Below, in pieces: positions 20,607-30,027 of a stretch of 64,000 nucleotides of DNA (position 1 is its first letter; each line of letters opens with the position of its first letter). The notes below the pieces were generated by a model. The model was not told the origin of the DNA, did no database searches, and worked only from the letters and a program-made list of their open reading frames with translations. A program made the translations under genes and the position numbers. The stretch lies in IMG/VR virus record IMGVR_UViG_3300035180_001708. One strand, written 5' to 3'. The DNA comes from an uncultured virus (IMG/VR IMGVR_UViG_3300035180_001708). Taxonomy: Duplodnaviria; Heunggongvirae; Uroviricota; Caudoviricetes.

Positions 20607-21050
20607 ATGGCTCACGTTGCTACACTCGGTTTGTCGTCCTGCGCAACCATCGCCATCGGCGGGTTCAAGGGGCCATCGATCAAGGCAAACGAGGACTACA
20701 AGGCAAACCCGAAGGACTTCGTCGTCGCTTCGGTGGACGGGCAACAACCCACTATCGAAGACTTTTACTCCAAGATCTTGTATCCGACGAGGCAAGATCT
20801 GGGGCGCACGGTCGACATGCCCTTTGAGCTGCTGATGACCAAGATCAAGGGGTCGAGGCTCGAAACAAAGCTGACGTTGATCGCAATCAATGGCAACCAG
20901 TTCGCCGAACAGGACAACTACTGGCCCAAGGAGTTCAAACGCCATGGGTTCCGGCTGTGGATCAAGACCGGCAACGCCATTGGCTCGACCAACTACATCT
21001 ACTGTCGAGCTCCGCTGGAAATCGCAATCAATCCCAACGAGGTGTTTTGA
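20607..21050 (+). CDS. Hypothetical protein, possible GNAT-like fold
   Basis: IAINGNQ...FKRHGFR...TGNAIGSTNYIY resembles GNAT motif B. Confidence 0.5.
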   Translation: MAHVATLGLSSCATIAIGGFKGPSIKANEDYKANPKDFVVASVDGQQPTIEDFYSKILYPTRQDLGRTVDMPFELLMTKIKGSRLETKLTLIAINGNQFAEQDNYWPKEFKRHGFRLWIKTGNAIGSTNYIYCRAPLEIAINPNEVF

Positions 21051-21832
21051 TGTTCACGATTGGTGCTGATCCGGAAATTTTTATCGGGCAGGGCGGTCAT
21101 TTTCTCAGCGCCCACGGTCTGATACCGGGGACCAAGGAAAAACCTTACCGCGTCGATCGAGGCGCGGTTCAGGTTGACGGTGTTGCTCTGGAGTTCAACA
21201 TTGACCCGGCAACGTCTTACCAGGAATTTCAGCTCAATCTTGACACTGTCCGGGAAAAGCTGAAGTCGATGGTTCCAAACTACGATTTTCTGACAGATGT
21301 CACGGTCGAGCTGGATCCGGGGTACAAGGCACAGTTGCCCCCGGAAGTGGTCGAAATCGGCTGCAAACCTGACATCAATGCCTACACGGAAGAAACAAGT
21401 GAAGGGCCTGATCCCGATACAAACATCCGTGCAGTGGGCGGGCACGTCCACATCGGTGGGCTCTTTGGACCCGAGGACACCACGGCAGACCGCCATCGGC
21501 TGGCGCTTCGCATGACGCGACTGATGGACCAGCACGTGGGGGTCTATTCCTTGCTGTGGGACAAAGACGATCGTCGTCGGTCGATTTACGGCGCTGCAGG
21601 GGCTTGCCGTATCCGTGACTACGGTGTCGAATACCGTTCGCTGAGCAATCAGTGGCTGTTCAGTCCTCGGATCACGAAGTTTGTCTACGAAGGCACCGAG
21701 CGTGCTTTCGCGGCGCTGCGTCGTGGTGAAGACGTCGAGACCGACCTGTATCGGTCAATCATCAACAACTCTGATCGTGGAAACGCTTTCTTCGGCGAGT
21801 CTTCTCTGGCTCGCTACCTGTCAACCCTTTAA
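21050..21832 (+). CDS. phiEco32-like COOH-NH2 ligase type 2
   Basis: TIGADPEIF, IPGTKEKP, QVDGVALEFN, GCKPD, GGHVHIG, YGVEYRSLSNQW. Confidence 0.9.
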   Translation: MFTIGADPEIFIGQGGHFLSAHGLIPGTKEKPYRVDRGAVQVDGVALEFNIDPATSYQEFQLNLDTVREKLKSMVPNYDFLTDVTVELDPGYKAQLPPEVVEIGCKPDINAYTEETSEGPDPDTNIRAVGGHVHIGGLFGPEDTTADRHRLALRMTRLMDQHVGVYSLLWDKDDRRRSIYGAAGACRIRDYGVEYRSLSNQWLFSPRITKFVYEGTERAFAALRRGEDVETDLYRSIINNSDRGNAFFGESSLARYLSTL

Positions 21833-22019
21833 AACGGCAATGCCGGGGTGCTTACTATGCTGATGTTTATTGTGCTGATGTTCGCCCTCGGCATCGCTTT
21901 TCGCTGCTTCAAACTGTGGGGGTTCTGGAAAGGGTTGCTCGCAACCTTGTTGGTCTACTGCTGTGCGATTATTTTTGTTGCACAGGTAATCTCTGTATTT
22001 TATCACTGAAAGGGACTAA

Positions 22020-22733
22020 ATGAAACGAATCTTTTTCGACCAGGACGGAGTTCTCGCGGGATTCGAGGAACACTTTCTCGACCTCTACGGGAAACCCTTC
22101 AAAGAAACTAAGTATGAGGAACGTTGGAAGAAAATCTATGATAACAAGACTTTCTTCGCTGATCTCCCTCTGCTGGCCCACGGATTTCGTTTGTTTCGAA
22201 AACTTTGGGACGCGGGAATGAATCCAATGGTTCTCACTGCGAGCAGGCCGAACCGCTATGACTACATGGCCCCTCAAAAAATGGCCTGGGCGCGTCATTG
22301 GCTCCCCGCGGGAGTGATGCTGATTATGTCTCCGGGGGGAGAGGAGAAGGCTTACTACCTTCAGAATCCCGGTGACGTGCTGATTGATGACAAGGGAGAA
22401 AACTGCCTTGCTTGGAGGGCAGCCGGGGGTAATGCTTTCTTGTGGCCCGACGAAGCTGCCGAAGCTGAGGCTTGCTTGTTCCCAGAGCCAGGATACCACG
22501 TCAAGGAGATCCCTAAGGGAACCCTAGGAGAGGTTTCCAAGATCCAGGAAGAAGTACTCGAATTACAAGATGCAGTTGACCAGGGCATCAAGGTCATGCA
22601 GCTGGTCGAATTGTCTGATCTTGTAGGTGCGGTAAAACTGTTCCTGGAAAAACATCATCAGGGGGTCACTATCTGGGATTTGAACCTGATGTCAAACGTA
22701 ACTCAGAGGGCTTTTCGCAATGGTCGACGTTAA
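22020..22733 (+). CDS. HAD 5'(3')-deoxyribonucleotidase-like domain fused to MazG/NTP-PPase-like helical domain
   Basis: FFDQDGVLAGF...VLIDD (HAD); C-term KIQEEVLELQDA...VELSDLVGAV (EExxE...ExxD). Confidence 0.75.
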   Translation: MKRIFFDQDGVLAGFEEHFLDLYGKPFKETKYEERWKKIYDNKTFFADLPLLAHGFRLFRKLWDAGMNPMVLTASRPNRYDYMAPQKMAWARHWLPAGVMLIMSPGGEEKAYYLQNPGDVLIDDKGENCLAWRAAGGNAFLWPDEAAEAEACLFPEPGYHVKEIPKGTLGEVSKIQEEVLELQDAVDQGIKVMQLVELSDLVGAVKLFLEKHHQGVTIWDLNLMSNVTQRAFRNGRR

Positions 22734-23292
22734 CAGCCAGGAGTTGGCGATACGAGCCTGCCTTCATTACATGACAAACGGGTTCAAGTATCGGTCAACT
22801 CCCTGGGTCGTGTCTTATGAAGCGTTGATGGTTACAACAACAAGGGATCGAGTAACCTGGGTCACAGAAGGTTACGGGGCTGTTGGGTCGACGGAACAAG
22901 GCTTTATCCAGTTGATGCTGTATCGTTCTGGATTGTTGGCAAACAACAAGCAGTATGTGTCTTGGTCTCCTTGCTGGAGGCCAGCAGACAACGGTGTAAG
23001 CCCTTACCACGTTGGTAAGTTCTACAAGTGTGAACTGTTTGTTCCGAACCCGGCTGATCCTGAACTAACCCAACGCCAACTTGAGGCCGCTGCCTTCAAC
23101 TATTTCAAAATTTTGTCTCCGAAATCCGACCTACAACTGGTTGATACCGAAGACGGAAATACCGATCTTGTGCTGAACGGCATTGAGGTCGGTTCTTACG
23201 GTTTCCGTAAACACAAGGGCTTTTCCTGGGTCTACGGGACCGGTCTAGCCGAGCCACGGTTCTCAATGGCAAACGCCGCAACAAAGGAGTGA
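22720..23292 (+). CDS. Minimal class II aminoacyl-tRNA-synthetase-like catalytic domain protein
   Basis: GSTEQGF, SPCWR (motif 2-like), FYKCEL, GIEVGSYG, YGTGLAEPRF (motif 3-like); only 190 aa. Confidence 0.65.
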   Translation: MVDVNSQELAIRACLHYMTNGFKYRSTPWVVSYEALMVTTTRDRVTWVTEGYGAVGSTEQGFIQLMLYRSGLLANNKQYVSWSPCWRPADNGVSPYHVGKFYKCELFVPNPADPELTQRQLEAAAFNYFKILSPKSDLQLVDTEDGNTDLVLNGIEVGSYGFRKHKGFSWVYGTGLAEPRFSMANAATKE

Positions 23293-23294
23293 CT

Positions 23295-23534
23295 ATGATT
23301 AAGAAATCTTTTGCCGAATTGGTGCAAGAGGAGGAGGCAGGCAAACACAACTCTGACTTGAGGAACCTCGCAGCAGCTCTTGCTTACGCACAGGAAGCTG
23401 TGCTGGAGGCAAAAGCGCTGGTTCTTGAGATCGAAGAAACAGCTGCGGCTATAGAAGCCGGAAAAGTTTTTCCGGTCGGGGTAATCAGTGCCCTGTACAA
23501 CAAGTCTCGTCAATCCACAACCTTTGCTCGATAG
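23295..23534 (+). CDS. Hypothetical coiled-coil protein
   Basis: SD AAGGAG; helical Ala/Glu-rich sequence. Confidence 0.6.
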   Translation: MIKKSFAELVQEEEAGKHNSDLRNLAAALAYAQEAVLEAKALVLEIEETAAAIEAGKVFPVGVISALYNKSRQSTTFAR

Positions 23535-23544
23535 GAGCTACCGA

Positions 23545-24339
23545 ATGAAATACGTACTTGCAGCGTTCTTTGCACTGTTTGCCACAGCAGTGTTTGCAGA
23601 CACACTTGTCATCGCCACCGGAAAAGAGGGGGGTCGGTATGACGAACGGGCCCACGTCATCGCCCAGCACTTGACCCAGCGCGGGTCCGTGGTGTCTGTC
23701 GAAAACTTCAACGGGTCCGACGAGATCAGTCTCGCAGTCTGTGGTGGTCGAGCGTCGATTGGCATTGCTCAGCGTGATGCTCTGTTCACACGGTTTACCG
23801 AGGGCTGCGATCTCAAGCCGATCGGCCTGTTTGGGACCGAATACGCAATGATCCTGTTTCCCCCGAAGTCTCCGATCGGAAACTTGTACGACTTGACCGA
23901 CAAGGACACCGTCCAGGTTGACACAATCGGTTCGGGGTCGGAGCTGTTCTGGAAAACGATCACCCGGATCGAGAAGAGTGATGAAGGGTCAAAGGACGCC
24001 TGGGCCAATGCTCAGATCAACAATGACCCGCTGTCTCTCGCTCCTGTGAATGCGGCCAATGGTGACATCAAGGCTGTGGTCATGGTTCGTCAGACCAACA
24101 ACCCCGATGTTACCCGGCTGTTGTCCCTGGGCTGGAAGCTTGGCTATCTCTATGACAAGAACATTGACGATCAGAAATACAAGGACGGATCGTTGTATGT
24201 CAGCAGCAAGATTGCCGTGCGCTATGACGGCTCGACCGCCAAGAACTGGGGTTATGAAATCCCAAGCTTCATCGTGGTGAGCAAGTCTCTGGCCGCAAAC
24301 AAGGCTTTGTTCAGCGACGTTGTTGCCGCTGCGCAGTGA
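23545..24339 (+). CDS. TAXI-type (TRAP) periplasmic solute-binding-like protein
   Basis: Signal peptide; IATGKEGGRY, GSDEI...GIAQRDA, GSGS motifs. Confidence 0.7.
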   Translation: MKYVLAAFFALFATAVFADTLVIATGKEGGRYDERAHVIAQHLTQRGSVVSVENFNGSDEISLAVCGGRASIGIAQRDALFTRFTEGCDLKPIGLFGTEYAMILFPPKSPIGNLYDLTDKDTVQVDTIGSGSELFWKTITRIEKSDEGSKDAWANAQINNDPLSLAPVNAANGDIKAVVMVRQTNNPDVTRLLSLGWKLGYLYDKNIDDQKYKDGSLYVSSKIAVRYDGSTAKNWGYEIPSFIVVSKSLAANKALFSDVVAAAQ

Positions 24340-24375
24340 TCGACCAGGACTGAACCGCTAGAAACGGAGAAAACT

Positions 24376-26439
24376 ATGAATGACTTTGTGAAGTTCCGGT
24401 CGGCTGTGTCTGCACGGCTGGACGCCTTCGGTGATCGGCAGCTGTTCAACTCGGGGATCAGCGGAGACGACTTGTGGAAACTTTACCTTGCTTCTTTTCC
24501 CGAGGGAACCAACGTTGTGTTTCGGAAAAGGGCTGAGTTTGACTGCAACTGCTGCCGCAATTTTGTGAAGAATCTTGGCCGGGTGGTGTGGGTCAACAAC
24601 GGGTTCCTGGTAACTGTCTGGGACGACCTCAACGTTCCCGAGCCTTTTGCAACGGTGGCGCGGTCGCTGTCGGCAGCGGTCAAGGGCGGCGGGGTCAGCG
24701 GTGTCTTTGTCACGTCAATGAAGAGCTTCGGTGTCACCACAAACAGAGACTCCGCCGGGTTGCAGTGGTCTCACTTCTACGGGTCCACACCGAAGCAATC
24801 CGTTTGCATCGAGGTCGACAAGGTTGCAGGCGCAGCTCGCCAAAACCAAGATCTGCTGTTGAGGTCTCTGAGGTTGCTGACCAAGGATAGCCTTCAAGAC
24901 GTCCTCGACCTCATCGACCAAGACGGATTGTATCGTGGCAAGGAAGCACGTCGGGCTGTCGAGTCTTTCTTGGGTCTCAAAAAGCTTCATGACGATTTGC
25001 CCGCGGATAAACAAGAACTGCTGGCCTGGTCCAACCATGGGGCAGCTCCAGAGGTTCACTTCAAGAATTCCTCGATAGGTTCTCTGGTCGAAGATCTGAG
25101 CACAGGCAAGGAGATCGAAGCCGCTGTTGCGTCCTACGAAAAGAAAGTTGCTCCTGAAAACTACAAGCGGCCCAAGGAAGTGGTAACCTCGTCAATGGTT
25201 GCCAGCGCCATGAAGACAATCGAAGGGCTGGAGCTGGAGGCCAGTCTTGAACGTCGCCACGCAACAGAAGCAGACTTGTCGGTGAACGATGTCTTGTTCG
25301 TCGACAACTCTACCCGACCCAACTTGAAGGGGGGCATTGCAGCCTTGCTGGAAGAGGCTGTGGTCTCTCCTGACGCAAAGCTGAAAAACATCAAGGAAAT
25401 TTCAGCCAACGATTTCTTCAATTCGGTGGTTCCTGGGCTGACTGCCATGTCCGTTGTTCTCAAATCCAACCAGCTCGGCAACTTGATGTCTGTGACTGCA
25501 CCTGCGAAGGAAGATACCAAGGCGTTGCTGGACTGGGAGAACGACTTTGCCTGGTCTTACCGGGGAGAGCTTGCGGACTCCAGCCTTCGAGCCCGCGTTG
25601 CTGAATTGGGTGGTCGTGTGGACGGCGTCCTTCGGTTCACACACAGCTGGAACCAGGATGGCCAGAACCAGAGCCTGATGGATTTGCATGTGGTGATGCC
25701 CGATCCGGCAAGACCTGCCGGGGACAAAGGGACTCAGATGAGGACCGGCCCTGGGATTTACCGCCGGGTTTGCTGGTACCGGCGCACAGACACGTTGTCA
25801 GGAGGAGCTCAAGACGTTGACTTTGTGCACGCTCCAGGTGACAAGGTTCCTGTCGAAAACATCACCTTTCCCAACCTCAAGAAGCTTCCGGAAGGCCTGT
25901 ATCGGTTTCTTGTGAACAACTGGTCGGAACGACCACCCTGCAAGTCTGGGTTCATTGCGGAAATCGAGGCCAACGGGGTGTTGTACCAGTACTCCCACCC
26001 CGAGCCGGTCCGCAACCACGGCTGGGTGGAGGTTGCCACGGCAGTGCTGAAGGACGGTGTGTTCACGTTCGATCACAAGCTGAAACCTTCGGCCCTGTCG
26101 AAGAAGGTCTGGGGAATTGAGACCGAAAAGCTGGAGCCAGTGGCTCTGGTCATGAAATCTCCCAATCACTGGGGGAACAACAAGAAGGGTCTGCTGCACC
26201 ATTTCTTCATCCTGAAGAAGGCGGTAAACCCAGAGCCCGTTCGTGGGTTCTACAACGAGTTCTTGTCGACGAAGCTTCGTGAGCACCGTAAGGTCTTTGA
26301 GGTTCTTTCGGCCAAGACCAAGATCCAACCGTCTGACAAGCAGTTGTCGGGCGTTGGCTTCACTGAGGGGCGGGGTGACTCGCTCCTTGTTCTGGCGCAA
26401 GGACCGCGTCAACACCAGGCCTACCAGGTCAAATTCTAG
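24376..26439 (+). CDS. Large hypothetical phage protein (687 aa)
   Basis: SD GGAG; EFDCNCCRNF, KVAPENYKRP, MDLHV, PVENI, SPNHW, RGFYNEFL; function not recognised. Confidence 0.8.
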   Translation: MNDFVKFRSAVSARLDAFGDRQLFNSGISGDDLWKLYLASFPEGTNVVFRKRAEFDCNCCRNFVKNLGRVVWVNNGFLVTVWDDLNVPEPFATVARSLSAAVKGGGVSGVFVTSMKSFGVTTNRDSAGLQWSHFYGSTPKQSVCIEVDKVAGAARQNQDLLLRSLRLLTKDSLQDVLDLIDQDGLYRGKEARRAVESFLGLKKLHDDLPADKQELLAWSNHGAAPEVHFKNSSIGSLVEDLSTGKEIEAAVASYEKKVAPENYKRPKEVVTSSMVASAMKTIEGLELEASLERRHATEADLSVNDVLFVDNSTRPNLKGGIAALLEEAVVSPDAKLKNIKEISANDFFNSVVPGLTAMSVVLKSNQLGNLMSVTAPAKEDTKALLDWENDFAWSYRGELADSSLRARVAELGGRVDGVLRFTHSWNQDGQNQSLMDLHVVMPDPARPAGDKGTQMRTGPGIYRRVCWYRRTDTLSGGAQDVDFVHAPGDKVPVENITFPNLKKLPEGLYRFLVNNWSERPPCKSGFIAEIEANGVLYQYSHPEPVRNHGWVEVATAVLKDGVFTFDHKLKPSALSKKVWGIETEKLEPVALVMKSPNHWGNNKKGLLHHFFILKKAVNPEPVRGFYNEFLSTKLREHRKVFEVLSAKTKIQPSDKQLSGVGFTEGRGDSLLVLAQGPRQHQAYQVKF

Positions 26440-26448
26440 GAGAAGTAC

Positions 26449-26853
26449 ATGGATCCCTTCAAGGAAGCTGCAAAACTGAAGCTGCGTTTTGCGAGTCCCG
26501 TTGGCCCTTTGACCACGGAGCAGTTGTTCGACTTGCCGTTGACAACGGCAAACAGCAAGAGCCCGTCCCTCGACGATATTTATCGTGGGGTGTCGAAATC
26601 GCTGCGGGAAATGAACGACGACTCGCTGCTTGAGACCAAGAACAATCCTCAGAAAAAGGGCATGCAGCTTCAGCAGAACATTCTTCGGCTGGTCATCGAG
26701 GAGAAACTTGAGGCCGCCGCCGCAGCTGTCGAACGCAAGCAACGGGCTGAACTTCGCGACAAGATTGAGGCCGCAATTGCCGACAAGAGCGACCAGGCGC
26801 TTCGGGCAAAGACGCTTGAAGAACTGCAGCAGGAGCTTGCTCGCCTGAGGTAG
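26449..26853 (+). CDS. Coiled-coil hypothetical protein following the 687-aa gene
   Basis: SD AGGAG; KLRFASPVGPLTTEQLFDLPL. Confidence 0.75.
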   Translation: MDPFKEAAKLKLRFASPVGPLTTEQLFDLPLTTANSKSPSLDDIYRGVSKSLREMNDDSLLETKNNPQKKGMQLQQNILRLVIEEKLEAAAAAVERKQRAELRDKIEAAIADKSDQALRAKTLEELQQELARLR

Positions 26854-26863
26854 CTGTAAAACC

Positions 26864-26885
26864 GCCCCAGGTTTCGGCCTGGGGC
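26864..26885. terminator. Strong hairpin (terminator or processing/stability element)
   Basis: GCCCCAGGT-TTCG-GCCTGGGGC; no U-tract on + strand. Confidence 0.5.
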
Positions 26886-26895
26886 AACCCAAGGA

Positions 26896-27801
26896 ATGAT
26901 CATGCCCGAAACTATCTCTTACCATGAAACTTACTGCTGCGGGCTAGAGCGGTTGTCCTGCTCTGGGAGGAGGACCACAAAAAGCCTAGCGTCAATAGGC
27001 CAATTGATTGCTACCAGGATTTTGGCCAAGTCCAAGTTTGATGGAGACATCAAGACGGTGACAACAACAACACAAGGAAAAGATGAAGAACTTGAGGCCT
27101 TGTTGGTGACGTATGGGTTCAAAAAAGAAGATACCTGGAAAGTTGGTGACAAAGTCTTCAACAATTGGAGCCATCTGAAATGACGCTGCCTTGCGCCGAA
27201 ATGGAATGGGACCCCCGGACTTGTGAGGTATTCCTCAGGGGTTGGGGCAACAGGGTTGTAACACAGGAGGGAATGAAGGAGCTTTTTGAGTACATCAAGA
27301 AGCGTTACAAAGGAAGAGCAGGGGTGATGCTCGACACAACTCATGCTGGCACCCAAATAGAGGTGAATGCGGTTGTAATGAAGGAGTCGGGCTGGGAGTT
27401 GAAGTCAAAACACCGAAACCACAACACTGGAAGAACCATCGCGCATTATCGTCGGTGGTTGCAAATAGCAGAGGAATAATTTTTGAATGGCTAAATTTTT
27501 TAGGGTTACTCAAGTTGTAACTCTTGGCATGGGTCTTGCTGGGGAAATTATTCCCCCTTCTCGTTTGTTTGAAAACTTTCCCCCTGTTCGTGATGATGAA
27601 ACTTACGCCTTGTTTAAGAAGGCGATAGTCAGAACGACCAAGAAGACAGGAAGATACAAACGATATCAAGTTTTGGCGGTGTTCACAGAGGCTGAGGAAG
27701 CTGTCTGGGGTGCTGCAATGCTTGAGGAAGGTTACTCCCAGAGTACAATTGTGTACCAAGGAGTTACTAAGTACCGTTACGTAAAACAGTTTGGGGTGTA
27801 A
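26896..27801 (+). other. Three tandem ~100-aa CDSs (26896-27183, 27180-27479, 27487-27801), possibly GNAT-like paralogs
   Basis: Shared C-terminal pattern LVTYGFK / MKESGWE / MLEEGYS. Confidence 0.5.
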
Positions 27802-28161
27802 ATGTTTATTGTTGTTGGCGCTGAGAAAACTTGGTTGGACGAGGTCAAGGTTTTTAGTTACCTGGATCAGCTTCGTAGTGATTGGTCAGATGTGACAGGG
27901 GTTCTGACTGGTAACTACTACGGTCTTGAATATTTGTCGCATAAATGGGCACGGTCTCGTGGGCTAGTGTCCGAAAGAATTTCTCCTAACTGGGTGCTTC
28001 AGGGGAGAGATGCTGGCTATCGTATGTGGGATGCCTTGCTCAATGCTCCGAAGGGTATTGCTGGAGTTATTGTTAACCCCAGTACACCAGGGCTCAGGTA
28101 CCTGCGCGACGAGGCCATGAAGAAGAGGCTTCGAATCCGAACGCCTACTAAACTAAACTGA
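27802..28161 (+). CDS. SLOG-family (DUF2493/YspA-like) protein, divergent
   Basis: GLEYLSHKWARSRG...PNWVLQGRDAGYR...STPG resembles GAD..A..WA...DW...G..AG..RN. Confidence 0.6.
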   Translation: MFIVVGAEKTWLDEVKVFSYLDQLRSDWSDVTGVLTGNYYGLEYLSHKWARSRGLVSERISPNWVLQGRDAGYRMWDALLNAPKGIAGVIVNPSTPGLRYLRDEAMKKRLRIRTPTKLN

Positions 28162-28176
28162 CAAACAGGAGTTATC

Positions 28177-28437
28177 ATGTCAGACGTGAATCAAGCTGTG
28201 GACGAATCGGCAAAAAACAACAACGGCGGGGGTGATCGCCGCCCCATGATCTCCCAGATCTTTGCTGGCAAAGAGCAAGCGGAAAAGAAAAAAGCCCTCG
28301 AAGAGGCCAAGGTTTTGTTTGCCGAGCGTGACAAGGCCAAGGCGGTTCTGGTCGGCATCGAGGCCAAGATCATCGAGGTCCTCGGACCGTTTGACGGCCC
28401 CGAGCTCGTTGCCAAGACTCTGAAAGAGTCGCGGTAA
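28177..28437 (+). CDS. Hypothetical protein
   Basis: SD AGGAG; biased codon usage. Confidence 0.7.
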   Translation: MSDVNQAVDESAKNNNGGGDRRPMISQIFAGKEQAEKKKALEEAKVLFAERDKAKAVLVGIEAKIIEVLGPFDGPELVAKTLKESR

Positions 28438-28441
28438 GACC

Positions 28442-28969
28442 ATGATCCTCCTTTCATTTGCGTATCTCCCCTACGAAGATTGCTGGTCGGCAGTCCAGAC
28501 TGAACTCGAGAAGGAGGAAAGACTCAAGCCTATTTGTTTTGGACCTCTGGAATCGACTCTGGGGGAGCTCTTTGATCGTGGGTACCGACTCGAGGCCTAT
28601 GGAGAGGGACTTCGCCGTCACTCAACTGCAGCCCGAGCTCAAGTGTATCTCACAAAGTTTGGAGTAAAACGTAAGTGGAGGGTGGGTCGTATTCCGCTCA
28701 ATGTTCTGTTCATGTCAAAACGGTCGAACACCCATCTATTAGGTGTTACCTCTCTTCACATCAACGAGAGTATGGTCCCTTGGATCGAAGACCGGCAGTT
28801 CGACACCAACTGGACAGAGCATCAACCAAGGAAAGTTGAGCCTCCTAAACAACAGACTCGGCTGGAATTGCTCACAAAGCTGGCGGAGGAGTACGCTCTT
28901 CCCCCAGAACCAATCATGGTAGGCAACCGAACTCTTGAAGAGTGGAAGCAAGATCAACTGAGGGACTGA
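28442..28969 (+). CDS. Hypothetical protein
   Basis: Fills gap in operon. Confidence 0.55.
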   Translation: MILLSFAYLPYEDCWSAVQTELEKEERLKPICFGPLESTLGELFDRGYRLEAYGEGLRRHSTAARAQVYLTKFGVKRKWRVGRIPLNVLFMSKRSNTHLLGVTSLHINESMVPWIEDRQFDTNWTEHQPRKVEPPKQQTRLELLTKLAEEYALPPEPIMVGNRTLEEWKQDQLRD

Positions 28970-28971
28970 AA

Positions 28972-29781
28972 ATGATCAAGGTCAACGGCGAAGCTATCAA
29001 CTACTCCTTGTTTCCTTTTGGGGAAGTCAAGGTGGAAGTTCCTGAGCACTTTCTTTTGCCTACGGATAACATAGTGTCTGCGTTGTTGCGCAACAGCAAT
29101 GACCTGATGTCATTGTTGCTGGTCACCGATGCAATCAAGAGGACTTGCCCGGCAACAAGGGTCTCTTTGTTTTTGCCCTATGTGCCCTATGGGAGGCAGG
29201 ACAGGGTCAACAACGAGGGTGAGCCCTTGTCAGTGAAGGTTTTTGCTGACCTTCTGAACAATCTGGGTTTCTCAGAGATTCAAACTCTGGACCCTCACAG
29301 CGATGTCACCACAGCGTTGATCAACAACCTTGTGGTTGTGAGTCAATACGAGGCATTGCACGGAGATGTTCTGATGCTGTTTGAAGCTGGTTGGGGCATC
29401 GTCTGCCCTGACGCAGGGGCGGCAAAAAAACTTGGAAACGTTCTGAAGAACCTGGCTCTTGAAGGGGTCTTCCCAGAAGTCATCCAGGCTCAGAAGATCC
29501 GTGACACAAAGACAGGGGCTATCACCGGAACTGTCCTGCACGGTGATCCAGCCGGAAAAGACTGGGTTATCGTTGATGATCTTTGTGACGGAGGAAGAAC
29601 TTTTGTGGAGCTTGGAAAGGCTCTGAGAGCGGGTGGTGCAAGAAAAGTGAGCCTCTCAGTTACCCATGGTGGTTTTACCGCTGGCTTTGACGAACTGAGG
29701 AAGACCATTGACAGAATTTATTGCACCTACTGCTGGTGTGATGTTCCTGATGATGGTTACGTTCAGAGCCTTGAAGGCTAG
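28972..29781 (+). CDS. Ribose-phosphate pyrophosphokinase-like protein (candidate Adps of NARP1)
   Basis: FPFGEV, PYVPYGRQDR, DPHS, CPDAGAAKK, IVDDLCDGGRTF, VTHG. Confidence 0.9.
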   Translation: MIKVNGEAINYSLFPFGEVKVEVPEHFLLPTDNIVSALLRNSNDLMSLLLVTDAIKRTCPATRVSLFLPYVPYGRQDRVNNEGEPLSVKVFADLLNNLGFSEIQTLDPHSDVTTALINNLVVVSQYEALHGDVLMLFEAGWGIVCPDAGAAKKLGNVLKNLALEGVFPEVIQAQKIRDTKTGAITGTVLHGDPAGKDWVIVDDLCDGGRTFVELGKALRAGGARKVSLSVTHGGFTAGFDELRKTIDRIYCTYCWCDVPDDGYVQSLEG

Positions 29782-29795
29782 ATTGGGGTAAACAA

Positions 29796-29996
29796 ATGGG
29801 CAAAAAAGAACTGCTGATCACCTTGGCTATCTTTGTACTTGGCGGCTTCTTTGGGCTGGTCTTGTTCACTGGATCGCTCGGTGACGCCTTGCTGACTCTT
29901 GTTGCAATACTGATGATGTTGACAGCTGCGCTGATGCTGTTGCTGGTTATTGGTATTGTTGTGATACTGCTGAAACATGCCTGGGAAGAGCTGTAG
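29796..29996 (+). CDS. Small two-TM membrane protein
   Basis: Almost entirely hydrophobic. Confidence 0.6.
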   Translation: MGKKELLITLAIFVLGGFFGLVLFTGSLGDALLTLVAILMMLTAALMLLLVIGIVVILLKHAWEEL

Positions 29997-30027
29997 GCCT
30001 TAGCGGCCCTAACGCAGAGAGGTTCCA

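Noticed and set aside
22020..22733. Z-genome (PurZ/MazZ/DatZ) pathway suggested by the MazG-like domain and odd PolA
   Set aside because: No adenylosuccinate-synthetase-like or HD-domain dATPase gene recognisable in the window
25798..26925. 375-aa minus-strand ORF and other long antisense ORFs (e.g. 30651-31424, 17776-18432, 55935-56582, 60710-61348)
   Set aside because: Shadow frames of well-supported plus-strand genes with no motifs or SD
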